A stretch of DNA of 23,332 nt from Candidatus Rokuibacteriota bacterium (GCA_044866005.1 JBIOTN010000031.1:1-23332); one strand, 5' to 3'. Positions 1-8,915 are shown, counted from the first letter of the stretch. A program made the numbers and translations. The notes: generated by a model not told the origin, from the sequence alone.

Positions 1-89
1 CCGGCCGGGCGAAGTGGGACCCCTTCAGCCTCCTTCCGCAGATCGCCAGAGCTGCGGAAGGGGCTGAACGGGTGACGGAGCCCGGCCGG
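1..89. repeat. Long imperfect inverted repeat (hairpin) upstream of E2
   Basis: ttcagcctccttccgcag (24-41) pairs with ctgcggaaggggctgaa (52-68) with one bulge. Outer arms ccggccgggc (1-10) and gcccggccgg (80-89) are exact reverse complements. Confidence 0.6.
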
Positions 90-157
90 ACCGGGGCGAG
101 CCGGCGACAGGACCCGCGGCGGCCAGACCGAGCGCGGCGTAGTCCGAGGGACTGACC

Positions 158-1498
158 ATGGCGAGAGAGTTCAAGCTGCCCGATCTCGGCGAGGGCCTCA
201 CCGAGGCGGAGATCGTCCGCGTGCTCGTCGCCGCAGGCGACGAGGTCAAGGAAGACCAGCCCATCCTGCTCGTCGAGACGGAGAAGGCCCAGGTCGAGCT
301 GCCGTCGCCCTTCGGCGGTCGCGTGGCGACGATCCACGTCCGGCCGGGCGAGCGCGTGAAGGTCGGCTCGGTTCTCGTCAGCTTCGAGGGCCCCGGGGGG
401 CGGGTCACGCCGGCGAGCGGCGCCCCCGCCGGGGCGAAGGCGGCCCCGCGGCCTGCCCCGGCCCCCGCCGCCCCCGCGCCCGCGCCGGCCGCGACCGGGG
501 TTCCCCCCGCCGCGACGCCGGCCACGCGCCGCCTGGCGCGCGAGCTCGGCGTGGAGCTCGCGGCCGTCCGGGGCAGTGGGCCCGGCGGCCGGATCACCGA
601 CGAGGACGTCCGGGCCGCCGCTGGCCGGCCGCCGGGGATGGCCCGGATCGCGGAGGGCGAGCGCGGCGCGCCTGCCGGCGCACGCGCGGCCGCCCCGGCG
701 CGCGACGGTGCGCCGGGCGTCGAGGAGCCCGTGGAGCCGGCCCGGCCGCTCGCCCGTCAGGGCGAGCTGCCGCCCCTGCCCCGGTTCGAGCAATGGGGAC
801 CGGTCGAGCGGGAGCCGCTCCGCGGCGTCCGCCGCCGGAGCGCCGAGCACCTCGCGCTCGCCTGGGCGGTGATCCCGCACGTCACGCAGCACGACGAGGC
901 CGACATCACGGCGCTCGAGGGGCTCCGCCGGCGTCACCTGGCCCGCATTCGCGAGGGAGGCGGCGAGCTCACGCTGACGGCCTGTCTCGTCAAGGCCTCG
1001 GCCCTCACCCTGAAGGCCCACCCCCGCTTCAACGCGAGCCTCGACGCGGAGACCGGCGAGCTCGTGAAGAAGGGCTACTACCACATCGGGGTCGCCGTGG
1101 ACACCGAGCGGGGCCTGATCGTCCCGGTCCTCCGCGACGTCGACCGGAAGCGCCTCGTCGAGATCGCCCGCGAGCTGCCGGCGCTCGCGGCGCGCGCCCG
1201 CGACGGCAAAGCGAGCCTCGAGGAGCTGCGCGGCGGGACCTTCACCGTGACCAACACGGGCGGGCTCGGCGGGACGGGCGCCACGCCGATCATCAACTAC
1301 CCCGAGGTGGCCATCCTGGGGGTGGGCCGCGCCCGCGAGATGCCGGTGGTCCGCGACGGGCAGGTGGTCGTGCGTCTGATCCTGCCGCTGTCGCTGGCCT
1401 TCGATCACCGGGTGATCGACGGGATGGAGGCGGCGCGCTTCGTGGCCGACCTCGTCCATCTCCTGGAGGATCCCGAGCGTCTCCTGCTCGAAGCCTGA
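158..1498 (+). CDS. 2-oxoacid dehydrogenase complex E2, dihydrolipoamide acyltransferase (single lipoyl domain; PDH/BCKDH type)
   Basis: Lipoyl domain (FKLPDLGEGLTEAEI...VETEKAQVELPSP), Ala/Pro linker, E3-binding domain (ATPATRRLARELGV..GSGPGGRIT), catalytic FDHRVIDG motif. GAGGG precedes the ATG. Confidence 0.95.
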   Translation: MAREFKLPDLGEGLTEAEIVRVLVAAGDEVKEDQPILLVETEKAQVELPSPFGGRVATIHVRPGERVKVGSVLVSFEGPGGRVTPASGAPAGAKAAPRPAPAPAAPAPAPAATGVPPAATPATRRLARELGVELAAVRGSGPGGRITDEDVRAAAGRPPGMARIAEGERGAPAGARAAAPARDGAPGVEEPVEPARPLARQGELPPLPRFEQWGPVEREPLRGVRRRSAEHLALAWAVIPHVTQHDEADITALEGLRRRHLARIREGGGELTLTACLVKASALTLKAHPRFNASLDAETGELVKKGYYHIGVAVDTERGLIVPVLRDVDRKRLVEIARELPALAARARDGKASLEELRGGTFTVTNTGGLGGTGATPIINYPEVAILGVGRAREMPVVRDGQVVVRLILPLSLAFDHRVIDGMEAARFVADLVHLLEDPERLLLEA

Positions 1499-1558
1499 CA
1501 ATTCTCTCGCGTTCACGTGGGGCGCCAACTGATGCTTGAACCACCGGGCGGGTGCCGG

Positions 1559-1660
1559 TCCACTCCGAGCGGCGGCTTCTGCCGCCGGCCCACCCACCCA
1601 GCCCACCCTCCCAGCCCTTCGAGGTGGGGGGCATCGGGGGGGTCTTCCGAGACCCCCCCG
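1559..1660 (+). repeat. Modular REP-like palindromic element, copy A, between E2 and lpdA
   Basis: tccactccgagcggcggcttctgccgccg (1559-1587) resembles 17191-17216. Core ggggggcatcgggggggtcttccgagacccccccg (1626-1660) matches 12490-12523 (reverse complement) and 17225-17258. Confidence 0.8.
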
Positions 1661-1668
1661 GAATAGAC

Positions 1669-3096
1669 ATGGTTGTAGGCGAGCTGCCGCGGGACGTCGA
1701 CCTCGTGGTCATCGGCGGCGGGCCGGGCGGGTACGCGGCCGCCTTCCGCGCCGCCGACCTCGGGGTGGAGACCGTGCTCGTCGAGGCGCGCGGCGCGCTC
1801 GGCGGCGAGTGTCTTCACGTCGGCTGCATCCCCTCGAAGGCGCTCCTCGGTCTCGCCGCGCTCGTCCACGACGCCGCCGAAGCCCGCGCCGCCGGACTCG
1901 AGTTCGCCCCCCCGCGCGTCGTCCTCGACCGGCTGCGCGAGTGGACGGCCGCCTCGATCGGCAAGCTCGCCCAGGGGCTCGTGGGCCTGGCCCGTGGCCG
2001 CGGCGTCGAGGTCGTCGCCGGACACGCGCGCTTCGCCGACGGCCACACGCTGCAGGTGGCGTCCGAGGACGCCCCGCCGGCCGTCTTCCATTTCAAGCAC
2101 GCCATCGTGGCGACGGGCTCGCGCCCTACCCTGCTCCCGGGACTCGACCGCCCGAGCCCGCGCATCTGGGATTCCGCGGCAGCGCTGGCGTTGCCGGCCG
2201 TCCCGCCGCGGCTCCTCGTGGTCGGGGGCGGCTACATCGGCCTCGAGCTGGGCACGGTGTACGCGGCGCTCGGCTCCGAGGTCACGGTCGTCGAGCTGAT
2301 GGACGGGCTCCTGCCGGGCGTCGACCGCGACCTCGTCGCGCCACTCGCGCGCCGCCTCACCGGCCTCTTCAAGCAGATCCATCTCCGGACGAAGGTGACC
2401 GCGGTCCGTGAGGCGGGGAGCGGGGCCATCGTCGAGCTCGCCGGCGAGGGCGCGCCCGCGCGGCTCGAGGTGGAGCAGGTGCTCGTGGCGGTGGGCCGGC
2501 AGCCGAACACGACCGACCTCGGGCTCGAGCGGACCGGCGCGCGGCTCGACGCCCGCGGCTTCATCGAGGTCGACGCGCGCCGCCAGAGCACGACGCCCGC
2601 CATCTTCGCCATCGGCGACGTGGCGGGGGAGCCCATGCTCGCCCACAAGGCGATGGCCGAGGGGGTCGTCGCGGCCGAGGCGGTCGCCGGGCGTCCCGCC
2701 GCCTTCGAGCCCCAGGCGATCCCCGCCGTCGTCTTCACCGACCCCGAGGTCGCGTGGTCCGGGTTGACCGAGGAGGCGGCGCGGGCGCGCGGCATCGCGG
2801 TCCGCACGGTGCGCATGCCCTGGTCGGCGTCGGGGCGGGCCGTCGCCATGGGCCGCCCCGACGGGCTCACCAAGCTCACCTTCGAGGGCGACACCGGCCG
2901 CCTCCTCGGCGTCGGCCTGGTAGGCCCCCACGCGGGCGAGCTGATCGCCGAGGGCACGCTCGCGGTGGAGATGGGCGCGCTCGCCGAGGACCTGGCCGGG
3001 ACGATCCACACGCACCCCACGCTCGCCGAGACGCTCGGCGAGGCGGCCGAGCTCTTCCTCGGCCGGCCGGTCCACCTGCCCCGGCCCGCGCGCTGA
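1669..3096 (+). CDS. lpdA: Dihydrolipoyl dehydrogenase (E3)
   Basis: FAD-binding GGGPGGY, redox disulfide GGECLHVGCIPSK, NAD-binding GGGYIGLE, C-terminal HTHPTLAE. Start moved to ATG 1669 (MVVGE...) because the upstream ORF extension is the repeat element. Confidence 0.95.
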   Translation: MVVGELPRDVDLVVIGGGPGGYAAAFRAADLGVETVLVEARGALGGECLHVGCIPSKALLGLAALVHDAAEARAAGLEFAPPRVVLDRLREWTAASIGKLAQGLVGLARGRGVEVVAGHARFADGHTLQVASEDAPPAVFHFKHAIVATGSRPTLLPGLDRPSPRIWDSAAALALPAVPPRLLVVGGGYIGLELGTVYAALGSEVTVVELMDGLLPGVDRDLVAPLARRLTGLFKQIHLRTKVTAVREAGSGAIVELAGEGAPARLEVEQVLVAVGRQPNTTDLGLERTGARLDARGFIEVDARRQSTTPAIFAIGDVAGEPMLAHKAMAEGVVAAEAVAGRPAAFEPQAIPAVVFTDPEVAWSGLTEEAARARGIAVRTVRMPWSASGRAVAMGRPDGLTKLTFEGDTGRLLGVGLVGPHAGELIAEGTLAVEMGALAEDLAGTIHTHPTLAETLGEAAELFLGRPVHLPRPAR

Positions 3097-3106
3097 AGCC
3101 TGGGCC

Positions 3107-3134
3107 CCCGTCGGCTCCGGCCCGTCGGCTCCGG
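3107..3134 (+). repeat. Perfect 14-bp tandem duplication (cccgtcggctccgg x2)
   Basis: Read directly at 3107-3120 and 3121-3134, just after the lpdA stop. Confidence 0.8.
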
Positions 3135-3164
3135 CGCCGCGTGCTCCTCCGAGCGGCCGCCCGG

Positions 3165-3173
3165 TGCTATCAT
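3165..3173 (+). promoter_or_regulatory. Extended -10 promoter candidate (TGcTATCAT)
   Basis: TGnTAnnnT match about 55 nt upstream of the 3228 start, in a very GC-rich background. Confidence 0.45.
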
Positions 3174-3227
3174 GGCGGCCACCCTGGCCGATCCCTCACT
3201 GCCCGCGCCCTCGGAAGGAGGGCTCCG

Positions 3228-3680
3228 ATGCCGGCACACTTCCTGGTCGCCTGGATCTCGATCCTGCTGGCCGGCACGTTCGCCCACGTGGTCATGTTCG
3301 GGCTCCCCGCGCTACCGCTCGCCGTGATGCACGGCGCGGTCTCCTGGGGGTTCGCCGTGAGCGGCGGCCTGCTGCTGTGCCTGACGGTGCTCACCTGGGG
3401 CGGGGCCGTCGGCGGCGAGCTGCTCAAGCTCGAGCGCCAGCTCCCCGGGTCTGCCGCGCCCGGGCTCCATCTCCGGTCGCCGCTCATGGCCCGACTGGCG
3501 CCGCGACTGCCCGGGTCCGCGGCGGTCTGGCTCGTCGGGCTGGCTCTGACGGGCTTCGGCGTCCGGCTCCGGGCGGAGGTCGCGCGGGAGCGGATCCTCT
3601 ACCGGGCCGTGGTGTTCACGGCGATCCTGCCGCTCATTCCCTTGCTGCTCCTGCTCCTTGATCTGCCGCTCTGGACCTGA
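3228..3680 (+). CDS. Hypothetical membrane protein (150 aa, about 4 hydrophobic segments)
   Basis: AAGGAGG RBS before ATG 3228, several hydrophobic stretches, coding-like GC3. No family recognised. Confidence 0.7.
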   Translation: MPAHFLVAWISILLAGTFAHVVMFGLPALPLAVMHGAVSWGFAVSGGLLLCLTVLTWGGAVGGELLKLERQLPGSAAPGLHLRSPLMARLAPRLPGSAAVWLVGLALTGFGVRLRAEVARERILYRAVVFTAILPLIPLLLLLLDLPLWT

Positions 3681-3752
3681 GCGCGGCGATACGATCGTGG
3701 CGGCCGCCCTCGATCTCCCGTGAGCGCTCGGCGGCGCCGGATTGGAGGCCTC

Positions 3753-5165
3753 ATGGCGTCCGACGACCTCTGCTGGCGCTCGGCCACCGAGCTGGCCGCG
3801 CAAATCCGCTCGAAGAAGGTCTCGCCCGTCGAGGTGATCGACGCGGTGCTCGACCGGATCGACCGCGTCAACCCGCGGCTCAACGCTTACGTGACCGTGA
3901 CGGCCGAGGCGGCGCGCCGAGAGGCCAGGGCCGCCGAGCGCGCGCTCACACGCCGGAGCGCGCGGCTCGGGCCGCTCCACGGCGTGCCGTTTTCCGTCAA
4001 GGACCTCGTCATCACCAGGGGTGTCCGGACGACCTTCGGCACGCCGCTCTTCGCGGACAACGTCCCGACGGAAGACGCGCCGATGGTCGAGCGCCTCAAG
4101 GCCGCCGGCGGGATCATGCTCGGCAAGACCAACACGCCGACGTTCGGGTGGATCGGCGCGACCCACAACCTGCTCTTCGGTGTGACCCGGAACCCGTGGA
4201 ACCTCGAGCGGACCCCCGGCGGGTCGAGCGGCGGCGCCTCGGCGGCGGTCGCGGCGGGGCTGGGTCCCCTCGCCATCGGCACGGACGGCGGCGGCTCGAT
4301 CCGCATCCCCGCCTCGTGCGCCGGCATCTTCGGCCACAAGCCCTCCTACGGGCGGATCCCCACGTACCCGCCGAGCGCGGCCTGGAGCCTCTCACACGTG
4401 GGACCCCTGACGCGGACCGTCGCCGACGCCGCGCTCGCGCTCAGCGTGTGCGCGGGGCCCGATCCGCGTGACCAGTACTCGATCCCCGCTGACGGCGCCG
4501 ACTACCTGAAGGCCGTGCGGGGCGGGGTCAAGGGCCTGCGCATCGCGTACAGCGACGACCTGGGCTTCGTGGACGCGCTGGACGCCGAGGTGCGCGCGGT
4601 GTGCGGCCAGGCCGCCCGCGTCTTCCGGACGCTCGGCGGGCGGGTGGAGACGGTCTCTCCGGGCTGGCCCTCGCCGCGGGAGTGCTGGTACGAGATCTTC
4701 TGCGGCGGCCTCACCACGCGGCTCGCGCCCTTCGGCCACCGGCGCGACGCCATCGAACCCGGCCTCCGGCAGATCATGGAGGCGATGCTCGCGAACCCGC
4801 CGACGAAGTACGTGCAGGCATGGTTCGACCGGCTCGCGTGGGTGCAGCGCCCGCGGGCGCTCTTCGAGAAGTACGATCTGCTCCTGACCCCCACGATCGC
4901 GTGCCCGCCGTTCGCCTGCGGCCTCGACAACCCGACGGAGATCGGCGGGAAACCCATCGACCCCTACGGATGGGTGCCGTTCACGTTCCCGTTCAACCTC
5001 ACCGGGCAGCCCGCGGCCTCCGTCCCCTGCGGGTTCACGGCCGACGGGCTCCCCATCGGGCTCCAGATCGTCGGCCGCGCCCTGGACGATGCGACCGTGC
5101 TCCGCGCCGCCGCGGCGTTCGAGCGCGCCCGCCCCTGGGCCGCCCGCCGTCCGCCGATCGACTGA
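3753..5165 (+). CDS. Amidase-signature family enzyme (GatA-like fold, probably not true GatA)
   Basis: Lys-cisSer-Ser triad context: GVPFSVKD, PGGSSGG, GTDGGGSIRIP. C-terminal GLPIGLQIVG. GGAGG RBS. No gatB/gatC adjacent. Confidence 0.93.
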   Translation: MASDDLCWRSATELAAQIRSKKVSPVEVIDAVLDRIDRVNPRLNAYVTVTAEAARREARAAERALTRRSARLGPLHGVPFSVKDLVITRGVRTTFGTPLFADNVPTEDAPMVERLKAAGGIMLGKTNTPTFGWIGATHNLLFGVTRNPWNLERTPGGSSGGASAAVAAGLGPLAIGTDGGGSIRIPASCAGIFGHKPSYGRIPTYPPSAAWSLSHVGPLTRTVADAALALSVCAGPDPRDQYSIPADGADYLKAVRGGVKGLRIAYSDDLGFVDALDAEVRAVCGQAARVFRTLGGRVETVSPGWPSPRECWYEIFCGGLTTRLAPFGHRRDAIEPGLRQIMEAMLANPPTKYVQAWFDRLAWVQRPRALFEKYDLLLTPTIACPPFACGLDNPTEIGGKPIDPYGWVPFTFPFNLTGQPAASVPCGFTADGLPIGLQIVGRALDDATVLRAAAAFERARPWAARRPPID

Positions 5166-5178
5166 CAGCCGTTCCGCC

Positions 5179-5268
5179 ATGGGCGAGACCCGCGTCGACC
5201 TGCTTCACCTCCTCGAGGATCTGCGGGACGCCTATCCCGGCGCGCTCGAGGAGGACGGGCCCTCTTGA
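5179..5268 (+). pseudogene. 29-codon remnant (MGETRVDLLHLLEDLRDAYPGALEE...), probably the truncated 5' end of a larger gene
   Basis: ATG 13 nt after the amidase stop. Coding-like codons with an amphipathic-helix pattern, then an abrupt stop. From memory it resembles the N-terminus of GHKL/HATPase_c-type ATP-binding proteins; not verified. Confidence 0.5.
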
Positions 5269-5364
5269 CCTGGAGGCCGCTTCCGCCTGACGATCGAATC
5301 CCAGGGCTGGTGCCGCTCCAGGCAAGGCACGCCTGAGCCTCGCCCCGCGCGGTGGAGGTGAGCC

Positions 5365-6942
5365 ATGAGACATGCGCTCGGGACGCGCACGAGGGTCGCG
5401 ATCGCGGCGGCGGTGACGACGCTCGCCGTGCTCGGCGCGGCGGTCACGACCGCCCAGGGGCCGAAGAAGGGCGGCGTGCTGCGCGTCGGCATGCTGGGCG
5501 AGCCGCCTGCCCTCGACGTCCACTGGACCACCGCCGCCATCACGGACATCCTGGCCAATCACGTCTACGAGGGCCTCTACACGCTGGACGAGGGCCGCCG
5601 GCCGATCCCGATGCTGGCCGAGGGCCTGCCGGCCGTCTCCAAGGACGGGCTCACCTATACCTTCAAGCTCCGGCAGGGCGTCCGGTTCCACAACGGCAAG
5701 GAGATGAGCGCCGAGGACGTCGTCGCCTCGCTCACCCGCTGGGGCAAGCAGTCGAGCTACGGCAAGGCGCTCTTCGCCCTGACGGCGGAGTTCCGCGCGG
5801 TGGACCGGTACACGGTCGAGCTCAAGCTCAAGGAGCCGTCTCCCATCGTGCTGATCTCGCTCGCGGTCGCGAACAACTTCGGCGCCATCTACCCCAAGGA
5901 GATCGCCGAGAAGTTCCCGCCGAGCGTGAAGGCGACCGAGTACGTCGGCACGGGCCCCTTCAAGGTCGCGGAGTGGAGTCCCGACCGGTACCTCCGGATG
6001 GTCCGCTTCGACGACTACCGGCCGCGGCCCGAGCGACCGAACGGCTACGGGGGCGCCAAGACCGCTCACGTGGACGAGATCCGCTGGATCCCCGTGCCGG
6101 ACGTGGCCAGCCGTGCCGCGCAGCTCGAGACCGGTGAGCTCGACTTCGCCGACGACCTGAACCTCGACCAGTACGACCGGCTCAAGGCGCACCCCGGCAT
6201 CCAGCCCATCGTCGCCAAGCCCTACTTCTGGCTCGTCGCCGTCCTCAACAAGAAGGAAGGCCTGATGACGAACCAGAAACTCCGCCAGGCCTGGCAGGCG
6301 GCGATCGACGTCGAGCCGATCATGCGGAACATCGCCGGCGGGCGCGCGGAGTTCTACCGGATGGACTCGAGCCTCGCCTACGTCGAGATCGCCGAGTGGC
6401 ACGTGAAGCTGCCGGGCCTGCCGTGGAACGAGCACAACCGGGAGAAGGCGAAGCGGCTCCTCCAGGAGGCCGGCTACCGGGGCGAGCCGGTCCGGCTCAT
6501 GACGACGCAAGAGTACAAGTGGATGTACGACTTCGCGCTGCTGAGCAAGCAGCAGCTCGAGGACGTCGGCTTCGTGATCGACCTCCAGGTGGTGGACTGG
6601 TCCACCCTCGTCCAGCGGCGGAACAACCCCCAGGCCTACGACGCCTTCACCACCGGGATCGGCCCCTTCTACGACCCGACCCATGCCCTGGTGCTGAGCT
6701 GCACCTGGCCCGGGTGGACGTGCGACGAGGAGATGACGCGGATCCAGACGGAGCTGGCACGCGAGACCGACCCGAAGAAGCGTTACGCCCTCTGGCAGCA
6801 GCAGCACCGGCTCTTCTACGAGAAGGTGCCGGTCATCCGGTACGGCGACCTCCACGGGCTCCGCGCGGCGCGGAAGACGGTGAAGGGGTTCAACGAACGG
6901 ACGGACCGGCCGCGGTTCTACAACGTCTGGCTCGAGCGATAG
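5365..6942 (+). CDS. ABC transporter substrate-binding protein, family 5 (Dpp/Opp/Nik type), paralog 1
   Basis: Signal peptide, then PKKGGVLRVG, YEGLY, DGLTYTFKLRQGVRFHNG, VGTGPFK. GGAGGTG RBS. Confidence 0.95.
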   Translation: MRHALGTRTRVAIAAAVTTLAVLGAAVTTAQGPKKGGVLRVGMLGEPPALDVHWTTAAITDILANHVYEGLYTLDEGRRPIPMLAEGLPAVSKDGLTYTFKLRQGVRFHNGKEMSAEDVVASLTRWGKQSSYGKALFALTAEFRAVDRYTVELKLKEPSPIVLISLAVANNFGAIYPKEIAEKFPPSVKATEYVGTGPFKVAEWSPDRYLRMVRFDDYRPRPERPNGYGGAKTAHVDEIRWIPVPDVASRAAQLETGELDFADDLNLDQYDRLKAHPGIQPIVAKPYFWLVAVLNKKEGLMTNQKLRQAWQAAIDVEPIMRNIAGGRAEFYRMDSSLAYVEIAEWHVKLPGLPWNEHNREKAKRLLQEAGYRGEPVRLMTTQEYKWMYDFALLSKQQLEDVGFVIDLQVVDWSTLVQRRNNPQAYDAFTTGIGPFYDPTHALVLSCTWPGWTCDEEMTRIQTELARETDPKKRYALWQQQHRLFYEKVPVIRYGDLHGLRAARKTVKGFNERTDRPRFYNVWLER

Positions 6943-6948
6943 TCTCAC

Positions 6949-6997
6949 CGGGGGCCTCGGCGGCCCCCTCCGAGCCCGACCGTCGACGTGGCCGGCG
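6949..6997 (+). repeat. Diverged copy D of the REP-like element, just after the first SBP stop
   Basis: gggggcctcggcggccccctccgagccc..ccgtcg..gccggcg aligns with ggggggtctcggaagacccccccgatgccc..ccgtcg..gccggc at 12491-12538, with a compensatory C-G versus T-A stem pair. Confidence 0.55.
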
Positions 6998-7143
6998 TCA
7001 GGGGGCCCCGCCCCCCGGGGAGGCCCCTTGACGGCGCCCCGGTCCTCGCCGGACGATGGACCCCACCGTCCTGTCGTCCGCCCGCGGCAGGACCTCGCAG
7101 AACCGGCCTGACAGGATCCGAACCCGCGATGGGGAGGTGGAGC

Positions 7144-8712
7144 ATGGCGCACAGGCTGTCCCTCCGAACCGCCGTCCTCGCGTTCCTCGCCGTGGCGCTG
7201 GTCGTCGCCGCCCCGTTCGCCGTGGAGGCCCAGAAGCGGGGCGGGGTGATCCGCGTCGGCAACCTCGGCGAGCCGCCCGCCCTGGACGCGCACTGGACGA
7301 CCGCGAGCATCACGGAGACCCTCACCAACCACATCTACGAAGGCCTCTACACGCTCAACGACGACTACCGCCCCATCCCGATGCTGGCCGAGGGCCTGCC
7401 GGCCGTGTCCCGAGACGGCCTGACCTACACCTTCAAGCTCCGGCAGGGGATCAAGTTCCACAACGGCAAGGAGATGACGGGCGAAGACGTCGTCGCCTCG
7501 CTCAAGCGCTGGGGCCAGCAGTCCATCTACGGCAAGGACCTCTTCAAGTACGTCGCGGACCTCCGGGCGGCCGACAAGTACACCGTGGAGATGACCCTCA
7601 AGGAGAAGGTCGGGATCGTCGTCATCAACCTCGCGGTCCCCAACAACTTCGCCGCGATCTACCCGAAAGAGATCGCCGAGAAGTTCAAGCCCCAGGAGAA
7701 GGCCACGGAGTGGATCGGCACCGGGCCGTACAAGCTCGCGGAGTGGAAGCCGGACCAGTACATCCGCATGGTCCGCTTCGACGAGTACAAGCCGCGGAGC
7801 GAGAAGCCGGCCGGCTACGGCGGCGCGAAGATCGCCTATGCGGACGAGATCCGCTGGATCCCGGTGCCCGACGTCGCGACGCGGGTCGCCCAGATCGAGA
7901 CCGGGGAGCTCGACTTCGCCGACGACCTGAACTTCGACGCGTTCGACCGGCTCAAGCGCACGCCGGGCGCCCGGCCGATCGTCTCCAAGCCGTACTACTG
8001 GCTCGTCGCCGTCCTGAACAAGAAGGAAGGGCTGATGACGAACCAGAAGCTCCGCCAGGCGTGGCAGGCGGCGCTCGACATCGAGCCGATCATGAAGAAC
8101 GTGGCCGGCGGCAAGGCCGAGTTCTACCGGATGGACTACAACCTGAATCCGGCGGAGCTCGCGGCGTGGCACGTCAAGGTCGCCGGTCTGCCCTGGAACG
8201 AGCACAACCGCGACAAGGCCAAGCGCCTCCTCCAGGAGGCCGGGTACAAGGGCGAGCCCATCCGTTTCATCACCACCCAGGAATACAAGTGGATGTACGA
8301 CTTCGCGCTGGTCTCGAAGCAGCAGCTCGAGGACGCCGGCTTCGTGATCGACCTCCAGGTCCTGGACTGGGCGACGCTCGTGAAGCGGCGGAACAACCCG
8401 AAGGAGTACGAGGCCTTCACGACCGGCATCGGGCCGGCCTACGACCCGACGCACCTCGTCGTCATCAGCTGCGACTGGCCGGGCTGGCACTGCGACGAGG
8501 AGATCCAGCGGATCAAGTCGGAGATGATCCGCGAGACCGACCCGAAGAAGCGCTTCGCGCTCTGGGAGCAGATGCACAAGGTGTTTTACGAGAAGGTCCC
8601 GGTCATCCGGTACGGCGACCTCTTCGGGCTCAGGGCCCTGCGGAGCTACGTGAAGGGCTTCAACGAGAAGACCGAGAGGATCCGCTTCTACAACGTCTGG
8701 CTGGACAAATGA
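7144..8712 (+). CDS. ABC transporter substrate-binding protein, family 5, paralog 2
   Basis: GGAGGTGG RBS, signal peptide ending AVEA-Q, same motifs as and colinear with 5365-6942. Confidence 0.95.
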   Translation: MAHRLSLRTAVLAFLAVALVVAAPFAVEAQKRGGVIRVGNLGEPPALDAHWTTASITETLTNHIYEGLYTLNDDYRPIPMLAEGLPAVSRDGLTYTFKLRQGIKFHNGKEMTGEDVVASLKRWGQQSIYGKDLFKYVADLRAADKYTVEMTLKEKVGIVVINLAVPNNFAAIYPKEIAEKFKPQEKATEWIGTGPYKLAEWKPDQYIRMVRFDEYKPRSEKPAGYGGAKIAYADEIRWIPVPDVATRVAQIETGELDFADDLNFDAFDRLKRTPGARPIVSKPYYWLVAVLNKKEGLMTNQKLRQAWQAALDIEPIMKNVAGGKAEFYRMDYNLNPAELAAWHVKVAGLPWNEHNRDKAKRLLQEAGYKGEPIRFITTQEYKWMYDFALVSKQQLEDAGFVIDLQVLDWATLVKRRNNPKEYEAFTTGIGPAYDPTHLVVISCDWPGWHCDEEIQRIKSEMIRETDPKKRFALWEQMHKVFYEKVPVIRYGDLFGLRALRSYVKGFNEKTERIRFYNVWLDK

Positions 8713-8915
8713 GCGCCGTGCCGATAACCGTCGCATCCCGGCGTCCTCGGTCGTCGGCGACCCTCCTCACAGGGCTGGGTGGGGGGGCCGGCATACGCCT
8801 CGGGCCGCCTCGGCCCTGCGTCCTGGGGCTGCTCGCTTCTCGGCCCGGCGAGGGGCCGGGCGCATAGAGGTGCCATCCGGCGGGGCCGCCGGAGCGGGCG
8901 GCCCCGCCTTCTCAC

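Noticed and set aside
1552..1668. N-terminal extensions of LpdA, and likewise 6988-7143, 12515-12607 and 13109-13486
   Set aside because: They translate repeat elements or intergenic DNA. Downstream starts fit the family N-termini and/or have RBSs.
3753..5165. gatA
   Set aside because: No gatC/gatB neighbours, and the signature reads GTDGGGSIRIP, typical of general amidases rather than GatA's GSDTGGSIRQP.
5035..8736. 1233-aa minus-strand ORF
   Set aside because: Antisense shadow of two binding-protein genes that are in the same frame. High GC3 suppresses antisense stops, and the translation has no recognisable motifs.
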